64,000 nucleotides of DNA from Candidatus Aminicenantales bacterium (GCA_049515535.1 JBEKTZ010000004.1:62001-126000); one strand, 5' to 3'; counted from the stretch's first letter, positions 47,656 through 57,794 are shown. Numbers and translations: made by a program. The notes: generated from the letters alone by a model not told the origin.

Positions 47656-49230
47656 ATGGCCACGCCGAAAATTTTTGCCTACGCCCTTTCCAACCCCCTC
47701 TCCGTGATTCTGAACAAACCGCCCCAGGATTTCACGAGGGAGGATTTTTTCAAGGTTATCGGACAGAAGAACATCGAGCGCATCACCTTCCATTACACCG
47801 CCCTGGACGGCAAGCTCAAGGAACTCAAACTCCCCATCGCGAGCGGCCATCAGGCCGAAAACATCCTGGCCGAAGGCGAACGCGTGGACGGGTCCTCGCT
47901 GTTCAAGGGCATGGTCGATACGGCGCTCTCCGATCTCTACGTCGTTCCGGTTTTCAAAACGGCCTTTTTGAACCCTTTTGACGAGCACAGCCTCGATTTT
48001 GTCTGCCGCTACCTGACCAAGGATGGCGATCCGGCGCCGTTCGCCCTGGACAATATTCTGGCCCGGGCCTCGGCCCTCTTTCAAAAGAACACGGGACTCG
48101 AACTTTACGCCCTCGGTGAGATCGAATTCTTTCTTCTCAGCGAGAAGACGCAAAATATTTTTCAGGCTCAGAAACAGATCGGCTATCACGCGTCGGCGCC
48201 GTTCATCAAGAGCGGGCAGATCCTCAATGAAATGGTCCGTCACATCACCCAGATCACGGGCGCGGTCAAATACGCCCACAGCGAGGTCGGCTTCGTGGAG
48301 AGCGTCCGGAGCGACATCGAGGAAATCCGCAACAAGCGGGCGGAACAGCTCGAGATCGAATTCCTGCCCCGGCCGATCATAGATATGGCCGACTATGTCG
48401 TCCTGGGCCGCTGGCTTATCCGCAACATCGCCTACAAATACGGCTGCGTGGCGACGTTCACGCCGAAGATCGAGGAGGGCGTCTCGGGCAACGGGCTCCA
48501 CTTCCATCTGGCGCTGGTCAAGGACGGGAAGAACATCATGACGGGTCCGGGCGGCTCGCTGACCGATCAGGCGAAGCGCTTGATCGGCGGCCTCTGCGAA
48601 TACGCCGATTCGCTGACCGCCTTCGGCAACATGGTCTCGTCCGCCTATCTGCGCCTCATCCCCAACCAGGAAGCCCCGACGCGCATCTGCTGGAGCGATC
48701 TCAATCGGAGCGCCTTGATCCGGGTCCCCCTCGGGTGGAACAATATCCGCCATCTTTCCCAAAAACTGAATCCTCAGGACGTCAAGGCGTTCGAGGCTCA
48801 GTCCGGGCGGCAGACCGTCGAACTGCGCAGCCCCGACGGCAGCGCGCTCATCCATCTGCTGTTGGCCGGGATCGTCATGGCCGCGGATTGGGCGTTCCGC
48901 GAGGACGGCAGCCTTCTGTTCAAGGAGAACACGGCGCTCGAACTGGCCGAGAAACTGTACGTCAAAGGCAATGTCTTCACGGACAAGGATCTGCTGAAGC
49001 GTTTGCCCGCTCTGCCGGCGAGCTGCGTCGAATCGAGCCGCATCCTCCTCAAAAAGCGCGAGCTCTATGAGCGCGACGACATCTTCCCGCCGAGCATCAT
49101 CGATTACGTGGCGCGTCACCTCGCGGACGAAAACGACGAATTCATGAACAAAAAACTCATGGATCTTCCCGCCGACGATCGGCTGCTCGAGACGCGGAGG
49201 ATCATGCACAAGGACCTTCATCGACATTGA
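47656..49230 (+). CDS. Glutamine synthetase family protein
   Basis: DGSS, EIEFF, HSEV, FTPKI..GVSGNGLHFH, EAP, NRSALIRVP and ELRSPD motifs. Confidence 0.9.
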   Translation: MATPKIFAYALSNPLSVILNKPPQDFTREDFFKVIGQKNIERITFHYTALDGKLKELKLPIASGHQAENILAEGERVDGSSLFKGMVDTALSDLYVVPVFKTAFLNPFDEHSLDFVCRYLTKDGDPAPFALDNILARASALFQKNTGLELYALGEIEFFLLSEKTQNIFQAQKQIGYHASAPFIKSGQILNEMVRHITQITGAVKYAHSEVGFVESVRSDIEEIRNKRAEQLEIEFLPRPIIDMADYVVLGRWLIRNIAYKYGCVATFTPKIEEGVSGNGLHFHLALVKDGKNIMTGPGGSLTDQAKRLIGGLCEYADSLTAFGNMVSSAYLRLIPNQEAPTRICWSDLNRSALIRVPLGWNNIRHLSQKLNPQDVKAFEAQSGRQTVELRSPDGSALIHLLLAGIVMAADWAFREDGSLLFKENTALELAEKLYVKGNVFTDKDLLKRLPALPASCVESSRILLKKRELYERDDIFPPSIIDYVARHLADENDEFMNKKLMDLPADDRLLETRRIMHKDLHRH

Positions 49231-49277
49231 TGGGAAGCCCGAGCGACGGCCAAAGATCATCATTGCGAAAAGCATCC

Positions 49278-50321
49278 ATGACGCCCCTTGAGCGCTGGCT
49301 GGCCGTCTTTCACCGGCAGAAGCCCGATCGCCTGCCCATGGATTATTGGGGAACGGAAGAAACCACGCGGAATATGATGAAGCATCTGGGCTGCCCGACG
49401 AAGCGCGAGATGCTGGAAAGACTCCATGTCGATTTTGTCGTCGACGCCAAGTCCGAATATGTCGGCCCCCGGCTTCCCCCCCTGACGGATGCTTTCGGCT
49501 GCCGGTTCCGTTCGGTGGATTATGGAACGGGCGCGTACGATGAATGCGTTCATTCGCCGCTGGCCGATTGTTCATCGGTTGAAGACGTCGAAAGCCGTTA
49601 TGAATGGCCGGATCCGGACTGGTGGGATTACGGTGCGCTCGCTCGCCAGATGGAGGGACTCGAGATGTATCCGGTGCGCGGCGGAGGCTCGGAGCCGTTT
49701 TTGATCTATAAGAACCTGCGAGGCCAGGAACGGGCGTTCATGGACCTCATCGAGAATCCCGAGCTCGTCCATTATTGCCTGGACCGGCTCTTCGCCCTGG
49801 CCTACGAGAACACGCGCCGCATTTACGAGCGGATCCCCGGCCGGGTCACGTTCAGCTACGTGGCCGAAGACATGGGCGGCCAGACCGATCTCATGTTCTC
49901 GATCCGGCATATCCGGGAATTTCTATTGCCCGGCATGAAGCGCATCATCGACCTCGCGCACGAGGCCGGGGTGTTCGTCTTTCATCACAATGACGGGAAC
50001 TGCCGCCGCATCCTTCCCGAGATGATCGAGGCCGGCATCGATCTGCTCAATCCCGTTCAATGGCGGTGCCCGGGCATGGAGCGCGAAGGATTGAAGAGGG
50101 ATTTCGGCGAGCGGATCCTTTTTCATGGAGCCATGGACAATCAATACACCCTGCCGTTCGGAACGGTCGAAGAAGTCCGGGAGGAAGTCCTGGAAAATAT
50201 CCGGATTCTCGGCGAAGGGGGAGGCTATATCTTGGCGCCCTGCCACAATATCCAGCCCCTCACGCCGCCCGAAAACGTCGTGGCAATGTACAAGACGGGC
50301 TATGCCTGCGGCAGGCTTTAG
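49278..50321 (+). CDS. Uroporphyrinogen decarboxylase / MtaA-CmuA superfamily protein
   Basis: PDRLP, EDMGGQ, HNDG, LNPVQ, LPFGT.EEV and GGYILAPCH motifs; start could be 49230. Confidence 0.85.
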   Translation: MTPLERWLAVFHRQKPDRLPMDYWGTEETTRNMMKHLGCPTKREMLERLHVDFVVDAKSEYVGPRLPPLTDAFGCRFRSVDYGTGAYDECVHSPLADCSSVEDVESRYEWPDPDWWDYGALARQMEGLEMYPVRGGGSEPFLIYKNLRGQERAFMDLIENPELVHYCLDRLFALAYENTRRIYERIPGRVTFSYVAEDMGGQTDLMFSIRHIREFLLPGMKRIIDLAHEAGVFVFHHNDGNCRRILPEMIEAGIDLLNPVQWRCPGMEREGLKRDFGERILFHGAMDNQYTLPFGTVEEVREEVLENIRILGEGGGYILAPCHNIQPLTPPENVVAMYKTGYACGRL

Positions 50322-50405
50322 GAACCCCCTCGTCTTGTAAACTGCACTACGGTTAGACCTCTCTCATGTTGACACGGACTTCGTCTCTGTAATAACGTCC
50401 CCGCT

Positions 50406-52187
50406 ATGAAGCTGACCCTCGTCGACGGTCTTGTCATATTCGCCTATTTCGCTTTCAATTTGGCCATCGGGATTTTCTATAGAAAAAGAGCGACGAAAAG
50501 CGTCAACGATTTTTTCGTTTCGGGGCGAAACGTGACGTGGTGGCTGGCGGGAACGTCCATGGTGGCGACGACGTTCGCCGCCGATACGCCGTTGGCCGTC
50601 ACCGGACTCGTGGCCCGGAACGGCATCGCTGGGAACTGGATCTGGTGGAGCCTGGCCGCGAGCGGCATCCTGACCGTATTCTTTTATGCCCGGCTTTGGC
50701 GCCGGGCGGGAGTCCTGACGGACGCGGAATTCGCGGAGATCCGATATAGCGGCCGGCCGGCCAGGTTTTTGCGCGGTTTCAGGGCTTTCTATTTGGGGCT
50801 GCCGATCAACCTGATCATCATGGGCTGGGTGAACCTGGCCATCGTCAAGGTCCTGATGCTCGTCTTCGGCGTGACGAAGATCCAGGCGTTGGGGATCGCG
50901 ATCGGGATCATGATCGTCACGGCCTCCATTTCCACGCTCTCCGGATTATGGGGCATCTTGGTTACGGACCTATTCCAATTCCTCCTCAAGATGGGCATGG
51001 TCATCGTCCTGGCGATATTCGCGGTCCGATCGATCGGCGGAATGGCCGGGCTCATCGGCGGCATTCACGCGATCGAAAAAAGCAGCCCGGCCTCCGGTTC
51101 CTACCTGGCCTTCATCCCCGATTTGAATTCGGTCTGGATGCCGCTGATCACGTTTTTTGTCTATATCGCGGTCAATTGGTGGGCGTCCTGGTATCCAGGG
51201 GCAGAGCCCGGCGGCGGCGGATTTATCGCCCAGCGGATTTTCTGCGCCAAGAACGAGAAACACTCGGTCCTCGCCACGCTCTGGTTCAACATCGCCCACT
51301 ATGCCCTGCGTCCATGGCCGTGGATCCTCGTGGCCCTGGTCGCCGTCGTCAAATTCCATGGCGATCCCGCCTTTATAGCGGATCCCGAATCCGGTTACAT
51401 CCGGATCCTTATCACCGATCTTCCGCCGTCCTTGCGCGGTCTCATGCTGGCCGCCTTTGCGGCGGCTTATATGTCCACCATCGGCACGGAACTGAACTGG
51501 GGAGCCAGCTATCTGGTGAACGATCTCTACCGGCGTTTCTTTGCGCCGGGCCGAAGCGAGAAGCACTATGTCGGGATCTCCCAGGCGACGACCGTTCTGC
51601 TCATGGTCCTTTCGGCCGTTGTCACATTATTTATGGATTCCATCGCCGATGCTTGGAAGTTCTTGATCGCCATCGGCGCGGGCACCGGCCTGGTCTATCT
51701 TCTCCGCTGGTTCTGGTGGCGGATTAACGCCTGGAGCGAAGTTTCGGCCATGGCCGCGGCGTTCGTGACTTCGCTCGCGGTCCGCACGGGCTTTCATCTT
51801 GACGAGAAACAGCCGAAAGACTTCGCCGTGATCGTTCTGATAACGGTCGCCGTGACGACCGTGACATGGCTGACCGTGACATGGCTGACAAAGCCCGAGC
51901 CCAAGGAGATCCTGTTGTCCTTTTACCGCCGCGTCCGGCCGAGCCCGGCGCTCTGGGGGCCGGTCGCCCGCGAAGCCACGGACATCGTTCCTCGAAAGGA
52001 TGGACTCTTCAACTTGCTGGACTGGGTCTGCGGCGTTTTCATGATTTATGCTTTCCTTTTCGGCGCCGGGAAAGTGATTTTCGGAAATATTGGTCTGGGT
52101 CTAGCCTTCTTGGCCGCGGGTGTCATATTCGGGGCGGTGATCTATGTTGATCTCGATAAGCGAGGCTGGGAAACGGTCGGGAAATGA
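50406..52187 (+). CDS. Sodium:solute symporter (SSS family)
   Basis: FFVSGR..WWLAGTSMVATTF, AQR and AAYMST motifs; multi-TM. Confidence 0.92.
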   Translation: MKLTLVDGLVIFAYFAFNLAIGIFYRKRATKSVNDFFVSGRNVTWWLAGTSMVATTFAADTPLAVTGLVARNGIAGNWIWWSLAASGILTVFFYARLWRRAGVLTDAEFAEIRYSGRPARFLRGFRAFYLGLPINLIIMGWVNLAIVKVLMLVFGVTKIQALGIAIGIMIVTASISTLSGLWGILVTDLFQFLLKMGMVIVLAIFAVRSIGGMAGLIGGIHAIEKSSPASGSYLAFIPDLNSVWMPLITFFVYIAVNWWASWYPGAEPGGGGFIAQRIFCAKNEKHSVLATLWFNIAHYALRPWPWILVALVAVVKFHGDPAFIADPESGYIRILITDLPPSLRGLMLAAFAAAYMSTIGTELNWGASYLVNDLYRRFFAPGRSEKHYVGISQATTVLLMVLSAVVTLFMDSIADAWKFLIAIGAGTGLVYLLRWFWWRINAWSEVSAMAAAFVTSLAVRTGFHLDEKQPKDFAVIVLITVAVTTVTWLTVTWLTKPEPKEILLSFYRRVRPSPALWGPVAREATDIVPRKDGLFNLLDWVCGVFMIYAFLFGAGKVIFGNIGLGLAFLAAGVIFGAVIYVDLDKRGWETVGK

Positions 52188-52302
52188 AAATGGACGGCCA
52201 TGCCGGAAAGCTCGTCCTCAGCCGCTCGCTTCAGCCCCCGGAAGCTCGGGAACTCCATAGACATTTCGGCCGAGATGTACTAATATTTTTCGAGGAGTTT
52301 CC

Positions 52303-53331
52303 ATGAAGACCGTAGCCGCTTTCGGCGAGATCATGCTCAGGCTTTCCCCTCCGGATCGGGAAAGATTTTTTCAATCTCCCTATTTCCATGCGTATTTCGG
52401 GGGAAGCGAAGCCAATGTCATCGCCTCCCTGGCCCAATTCGGACACTCCACCCGCTTCATCTCGGCCGTTCCCAAGAACGAGATCGGATCGGCTGCCATC
52501 CGGGCGCTCCGCCTGGTGGGCGTCGATACCGGTTTTATCGTCCGAAAAGGGAAAAGGCTCGGCATTTATTTCGCGGAGAAGGGGAGCAATCAAAAGCCGA
52601 CCCAGGTGATTTATGACCGCGATCATTCCGGCATCGCCGAGGCCGCGCGGGCCGATATCGATTGGGATAAAAGCCTGGCCGGGGCGGATTGGCTCCATGT
52701 GACGGGCATCACGCCGGCCGTCAGCCGGTCCGCGGCCGATCTGACATGGGACGCGGTCAGAGCGGCCAAGGCCAATGGTCTTCAGGTCTCCGTCGACTTG
52801 AATTATCGCGCCAAACTTTGGCAATACGGAGTTCCTGCGGCCAAAGTCATGCGCGAGATATTCAAATACGCCGACGTCGGGTTCGCCAATGAGGACGATT
52901 GCCGGAATTCCCTGGGGATCGAGTCGGAGGCCGCCGGACTGGGCGCCACGCCGGATATCGAGGCCTACGAGGCCTTGACGCTCAGGGTCATGGAGGAATT
53001 TCCCAATTTGAGGCGGCTCACCGTCACGCTGAGGGAAAGCCGGAGCGCGGATCATAATGTCTGGTCGGGTGTCCTGCGAAACCGCCGTGAATTTTTCGAG
53101 GGACCTCGCTATGAGATTGCCGACATCGTGGATCGCATCGGAGCGGGGGACGCCTTTGCCGCGGGCCTGATCCACGGACTCGACATCTTCTCCTCCGACC
53201 GGGATGTCTTGGAATTCGCCCTGGCCGCCTCCTGCCTGAAACATTCCATTCCGGGAGATTTCAATCTCGTTTCCGAAAGCGAGGTTCTGATCCTGATGAA
53301 AGGGGACGGGTCCGGCCGGATCCGCCGGTAG
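52303..53331 (+). CDS. kdgK: 2-keto-3-deoxygluconate kinase (PfkB family)
   Basis: FGEIMLRL, GGSEAN, TGITPA, DLNYR.KLW and DRIGAGDAF motifs; adjacent to eda. Confidence 0.88.
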   Translation: MKTVAAFGEIMLRLSPPDRERFFQSPYFHAYFGGSEANVIASLAQFGHSTRFISAVPKNEIGSAAIRALRLVGVDTGFIVRKGKRLGIYFAEKGSNQKPTQVIYDRDHSGIAEAARADIDWDKSLAGADWLHVTGITPAVSRSAADLTWDAVRAAKANGLQVSVDLNYRAKLWQYGVPAAKVMREIFKYADVGFANEDDCRNSLGIESEAAGLGATPDIEAYEALTLRVMEEFPNLRRLTVTLRESRSADHNVWSGVLRNRREFFEGPRYEIADIVDRIGAGDAFAAGLIHGLDIFSSDRDVLEFALAASCLKHSIPGDFNLVSESEVLILMKGDGSGRIRR

Positions 53332-53341
53332 GGGAAGGCGC

Positions 53342-53980
53342 ATGACACGCGATGAGGCGCTCGACATCATCCTGACGACGAAAGTCATCGCCGTCATCCG
53401 GATGCCGGACGCCGCGAAGGTCGCTCGAACGGCCGAGGCGATCCGGCGGGGCGGGGTGAGGGCGATCGAGATCACCATGACCACGCCCGGGGCTCTCGAA
53501 ATCATCGGCGAAATGGCGGGCGAGAAGCGGGCCGGCGTCCTCATCGGAGCGGGAACGGTTTTAGACGCCGCGACGGCGGCCGCGGTCATCCAAGCCGGGG
53601 CCGATTTCGTCGTATCTCCCGTCTTGAATTTCGACATGATCCGGGTCTGTCGCGACGGCGATACGTTCGTGGCGCCGGGCGCTTTCACTCCCACCGAAAT
53701 CCTCGCGGCCTGGGGAGAGGGAGCGGATGTGGTCAAGGTCTTTCCGGCCTCGGCCGCGGGCCCGAAATATTTCAAAGATCTTAAAGGCCCGTTTCCCGAT
53801 GTCCGGCTGATGCCCACGGGCGGCGTCAGCGTCGAGAATGCGGCGGAATTTATGAGGAGCGGCGCGTGTTGCGTGGCTATCGGCACCGCGCTCCTCGACC
53901 CGGACGCGATTGCGACCGGCGATTGGGAAGCCCTGACGAGAAAAGCCAGAACGCTCATGGAATCCCTGAACCGGACCTGA
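53342..53980 (+). CDS. eda: KDPG/KHG aldolase
   Basis: IAVIR, EIT, GAGTV, VVSP, TPTE, KVFPA and PTGGV motifs. Confidence 0.93.
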   Translation: MTRDEALDIILTTKVIAVIRMPDAAKVARTAEAIRRGGVRAIEITMTTPGALEIIGEMAGEKRAGVLIGAGTVLDAATAAAVIQAGADFVVSPVLNFDMIRVCRDGDTFVAPGAFTPTEILAAWGEGADVVKVFPASAAGPKYFKDLKGPFPDVRLMPTGGVSVENAAEFMRSGACCVAIGTALLDPDAIATGDWEALTRKARTLMESLNRT

Positions 53981-54003
53981 TCGGGGTTTGAGCGGAAGAG
54001 TTC

Positions 54004-55566
54004 ATGAACAAACCTGAATTCATCAGCATTTTCAACGACGTCCTGGGACCGGTCATGCGCGGCCCCTCGAGCTCTCATACGGCCGGTTCTTATCATATCG
54101 CGAAGGTGGGGCGGGCCTTGCTCGGCGAACAACCCGTCACGGCGGTCTTCTCGTTCGATCCCGATGGATCCTACGCCGCGACCTATCGCCAGCAGAACGC
54201 GGACAAAGCGTTCGCCGCCGGGTTGATGGAATGGGACCTGACCGACGATCGTTTCGGCCGGGCTTTGGACATCGCCGCAGAAGTGGGGCTGGATATTCGC
54301 TTTCGCGTCGTGCCCCTCGACGGCGCCGACCATCCCAACACGGTCAAGGTCGATCTCGCCGGACGTTCGGGCCGAGAGCTTCACGCACTGGCGAAATCGA
54401 CGGGCGGCGGCGGATTTCTCGTTCAGCAGATTGGAGACTGGCCCGTTTCGATCGACGGCAAATCCTACGAGACGTTTGTCATGTTGGATAAAAACGACCT
54501 GTCCGGCATCGAAAAGATCCTGAATTCCGTCGGGGAAATACCCCATCTGAGCGAAGACTCGCACCAGGAGGCTATCCTTCTTTCATGGAGCGGAAGCGAA
54601 CCCCTTACCGAAGCGCTTCTTCGAGAATTCGAGGACTCATCCTGCCTCAAAGCGATCTGGGCCGCCCAGCCCGTTTTTTATGTTCGAAAAGGGACGGAGC
54701 TTTTTAGGAGCGCCGAAGAGATGGTCCAATTCGCGGCCGAGCGGCAATGGACGCTCGGACAGACGGCTCTTCATTATGAAGCGCAGCTCTTGGGGATGGG
54801 CATCCAGGAGATCAAGGGCGAAATGGCCCGCCGTTATCAAATCATGGCGGCGGCGGTCGAACTTGGGCTTCGGGAGGACAACGTCAGGATGAAGTTTTTA
54901 AAGCCGAGCGCCGGACGGGTCATGGAAGCGGAAAAAACCGGAAGCCTGGCCGCCGGCGGAATCCACGCGCGCGCCGCGGCGGGAGCGTTATCGGTGCTTC
55001 ATATGAGCAACAGCGGGGGGGTGATCTGCGCCGCGCCCACGGGCGGATCCTCGGGAGTCATCCCCGGCGTCGTCACGGCGCTGGCCGGGGCGCGTGGAAT
55101 GGACCCGGACCAGGTCGGCTTGGCGCTTTTCGCGGCCGGGGCTATAGGCCTTGTCATTGCCCGGCGGGCGACGTTCGCCGCCGAAGTGGCCGGCTGCCAG
55201 GTTGAAATCGGGGCGGCCGGGGCCATGGCGGCCGCCGGCGTCGTGGAAGCGGCCGGGGGATCGGCCCGGCAGGCCGTCAACGCCGCGGCCATCGCCCTTC
55301 AAAATACGATGGGCTCGGTCTGCGATTTAGTCCAGGGATCGTGCGAAATCCCCTGCCACACGCGGAACGCCGTCGCGGCCTCGAGCGCTTTCACTTGCGC
55401 GGATCTTGTCTTGGGAGGGTATCACAACCTGATTCCCCTCGATGAAACGATCGATGCCGCGTTCGCCGCGGGAAAGATGCTTCCCCCGGAATTGTTGTGC
55501 ACATCCCAGGGCGGACTGGCGGTCACCCCGTCGGCCATGGCTCTGGGGCGGGCCAAGAAAAATTGA
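54004..55566 (+). CDS. Fe-S L-serine dehydratase-like protein, fused beta and alpha chains
   Basis: GPVMRGPSSSHTAG, STGGG, APTGGSSG, GCQVE and CDLVQGSCEIPC motifs. Confidence 0.87.
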   Translation: MNKPEFISIFNDVLGPVMRGPSSSHTAGSYHIAKVGRALLGEQPVTAVFSFDPDGSYAATYRQQNADKAFAAGLMEWDLTDDRFGRALDIAAEVGLDIRFRVVPLDGADHPNTVKVDLAGRSGRELHALAKSTGGGGFLVQQIGDWPVSIDGKSYETFVMLDKNDLSGIEKILNSVGEIPHLSEDSHQEAILLSWSGSEPLTEALLREFEDSSCLKAIWAAQPVFYVRKGTELFRSAEEMVQFAAERQWTLGQTALHYEAQLLGMGIQEIKGEMARRYQIMAAAVELGLREDNVRMKFLKPSAGRVMEAEKTGSLAAGGIHARAAAGALSVLHMSNSGGVICAAPTGGSSGVIPGVVTALAGARGMDPDQVGLALFAAGAIGLVIARRATFAAEVAGCQVEIGAAGAMAAAGVVEAAGGSARQAVNAAAIALQNTMGSVCDLVQGSCEIPCHTRNAVAASSAFTCADLVLGGYHNLIPLDETIDAAFAAGKMLPPELLCTSQGGLAVTPSAMALGRAKKN

Positions 55567-55584
55567 GTGGGAAAGGACCCGTTC

Positions 55585-56736
55585 ATGAACATGAACTTAC
55601 GGTTTCGTCCCGTTTTTCGGCATGCGCTTCTCCTCGGACTTTCTTTATTTTTCATGAGACCGGGCCTTCTTCTTGCCGGGAAAAGGACAGAAGCCCCTTT
55701 GCAGCATCCGTTCGTGTCCCACGGCGACTGGTGGCAAAGCCAGTTTGGAACATCGCGGCAAGCTTGGGTGGAAGCCCTGAGCCCGAATTTTCAAAACAGG
55801 AACAGCGGTCCGGCCTGCGTCCTGATGCTCGTCAATTATAAGAAGCGCTCGAGGATTTCCGCGGATTTTGCGAGCTTCGCCGATCCGCGCTATCCGCTGA
55901 TTCATGCCGACGTCCGCTGGAGTTTCTGCCGGGCCAACGCGGACAAGGGATATCCGGGCGGGTTCGCCGGCGATGACCGGACCGAGGCGACGGAGCAGGA
56001 GCTGGCCGATGTTCTCGAACATGAATCCATCCCGGTTTCGATCAGCTCCGGCCCCGGCGATGCGACGATCGATCGGATCATCGAAGCGATCGGACGATAC
56101 AGCCTTGTGATCTGCCGGATCGATCCCTCTGTCTATTTTCCCGACGAAAAAGCCGCGGATGGACGATGGGTCGTCGTCTACGGCTATGATGAGGCGTCGA
56201 TCTTCATCAATGATCCCGGCCGGCCCGAAGGCAGAGGCAAAGAGGTGCCCCGGCGCGAATTCCTGTCGAGTCTGCGGAAAGCGGACGGCGGTCGCGACGT
56301 CAGGCTGCTGGAATGCCTCACGATGATCGGAAATTATCCCGAGGGATGGCATGCCGACGGAAGTTCACGGATATTCGTCGACCATTATCTGGAATATCGG
56401 GATGAACTCGGATTCCCTTATGATAATGGCGGCAGCTGCTGCGTCCATACGGTCGGAACCTGCGTCGTCCAGGATTTTCTGAAGCCCCCGGCCCAGCTGA
56501 AGACTCCGAACGAAGGCAAGCGCCTCTTGATGCTGAACCGGGCGAAGATGGACATTTTTGAAGTCAAAGGGCCGTTTTACGCCAAGTATTTTTTGATCTG
56601 GGGATTCGATAAGCTCGGAACCGCGATGGGGAACGAAATGCCGACAGCGACGGGCCGCCGGCAAGATTTCGAAAAGGGGAGTTTGATCTGGAACGGCAAG
56701 GACGTCCTGTTCATGGCGGCTCCAACCAAGAAATAG
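55585..56736 (+). CDS. Exported C39-like peptidase-fold protein with LGFP-like repeats, catalytic residues lost
   Basis: NSGPACVLM, GRWVVVYGYD..IFINDP; C-terminal LGFP and LGTAMGNE..RQDFEKG. Confidence 0.65.
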   Translation: MNMNLRFRPVFRHALLLGLSLFFMRPGLLLAGKRTEAPLQHPFVSHGDWWQSQFGTSRQAWVEALSPNFQNRNSGPACVLMLVNYKKRSRISADFASFADPRYPLIHADVRWSFCRANADKGYPGGFAGDDRTEATEQELADVLEHESIPVSISSGPGDATIDRIIEAIGRYSLVICRIDPSVYFPDEKAADGRWVVVYGYDEASIFINDPGRPEGRGKEVPRREFLSSLRKADGGRDVRLLECLTMIGNYPEGWHADGSSRIFVDHYLEYRDELGFPYDNGGSCCVHTVGTCVVQDFLKPPAQLKTPNEGKRLLMLNRAKMDIFEVKGPFYAKYFLIWGFDKLGTAMGNEMPTATGRRQDFEKGSLIWNGKDVLFMAAPTKK

Positions 56737-56783
56737 ACCGAGCCCGTTACGTTATAGAATCTTTCCTGTGAAAGGAGACTGAC

Positions 56784-57791
56784 ATGCATCATGATCGTAT
56801 CTCGGCCATGAAACGGCGGGACTTCCTCAAGACGACGGTCGCCGGCGTGGCTTCCTTTTCCGTCCTCGGGAAAAAGACGCTGGCTGCCGAACAAGCGAGC
56901 GGAAAAACGACGATCGTCCTGGTGAAAACTCGGGATCGGGCGCAGGGCGTGAAAGACGTCTTACGGCTTCTTTCCTTTCCTTCACCGAAGGGCCAAAGCA
57001 TCCTGATCAAGCCGAATTTCAACACCTCAGACCCGGCTCCGGGGTCGACGCACAACGACACGCTCCGCCAGCTCGTCCTGGAAATGAAGGCGCGGGGCGC
57101 GAGCCGCATCACGCTCGGCGAAAGCAGCGGTCCGCCTCAAACCAAGAAGGTCTTGGAAGACAAGGGCGTCCTCGCTCTGGCCCGGGAGCTTGGGTTCGAT
57201 ATCCTCAATTTCGAGGAGCTCGGCGACGACGGCTGGGCGCATTTCAAGCCGGCCGGAACCCATTGGAACGATGGGTTCTCGATCGCCAAGGCGGCCGCCG
57301 AAGCGGATTACCTGGTCTCCACGTGCTGCCTGAAAACGCACGGGTTCGGCGGGCATTTCTCGATGTCCATGAAGCTGGCCGTCGGGCTGACGCCGAAAAG
57401 CATCCGTCGAGAGCTCCACAGCAAGCGCGACACGGATATGCGGAAGATGATCGCTGAACTGAACCAGGGTTATCGGCCCAAGGTCATCGTGATGGACGGG
57501 GTAGATGCGTTCGTCGATGGAGGACCTTCGACCGGCAAGAAGGTCGAGGCCGGCGTTTTCATCGGGGGGACCGACCGGGTGGCCGTTGACGCCGTCGGCG
57601 TGGCGATCCTCAAGGAGTTAGGATCGAATCCGACGATCATGTCCAAAAAGGTGTTCGAGCAGGACCAGATCCAGCGCGCGGTCGAAATCGGGCTGGGCAT
57701 AAGCCGACCCGATCAAATCGAAATCACGGCGTCGGACGCGGCCGGCCGCTCCTACGCCGAAAAGATCAAATCCATCTTGAAAGAAGGGTGA
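56784..57791 (+). CDS. Tat-exported DUF362 family protein
   Basis: KRRDFLK Tat motif; LIKPN, LKTH and DRVAVD motifs. Confidence 0.85.
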   Translation: MHHDRISAMKRRDFLKTTVAGVASFSVLGKKTLAAEQASGKTTIVLVKTRDRAQGVKDVLRLLSFPSPKGQSILIKPNFNTSDPAPGSTHNDTLRQLVLEMKARGASRITLGESSGPPQTKKVLEDKGVLALARELGFDILNFEELGDDGWAHFKPAGTHWNDGFSIAKAAAEADYLVSTCCLKTHGFGGHFSMSMKLAVGLTPKSIRRELHSKRDTDMRKMIAELNQGYRPKVIVMDGVDAFVDGGPSTGKKVEAGVFIGGTDRVAVDAVGVAILKELGSNPTIMSKKVFEQDQIQRAVEIGLGISRPDQIEITASDAAGRSYAEKIKSILKEG

Positions 57792-57794
57792 GCC

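Noticed and set aside
47602..54564. 657 aa and 777 aa minus-strand ORFs
   Set aside because: Shadows of GS and of kdgK/eda/dehydratase; no recognisable domain.
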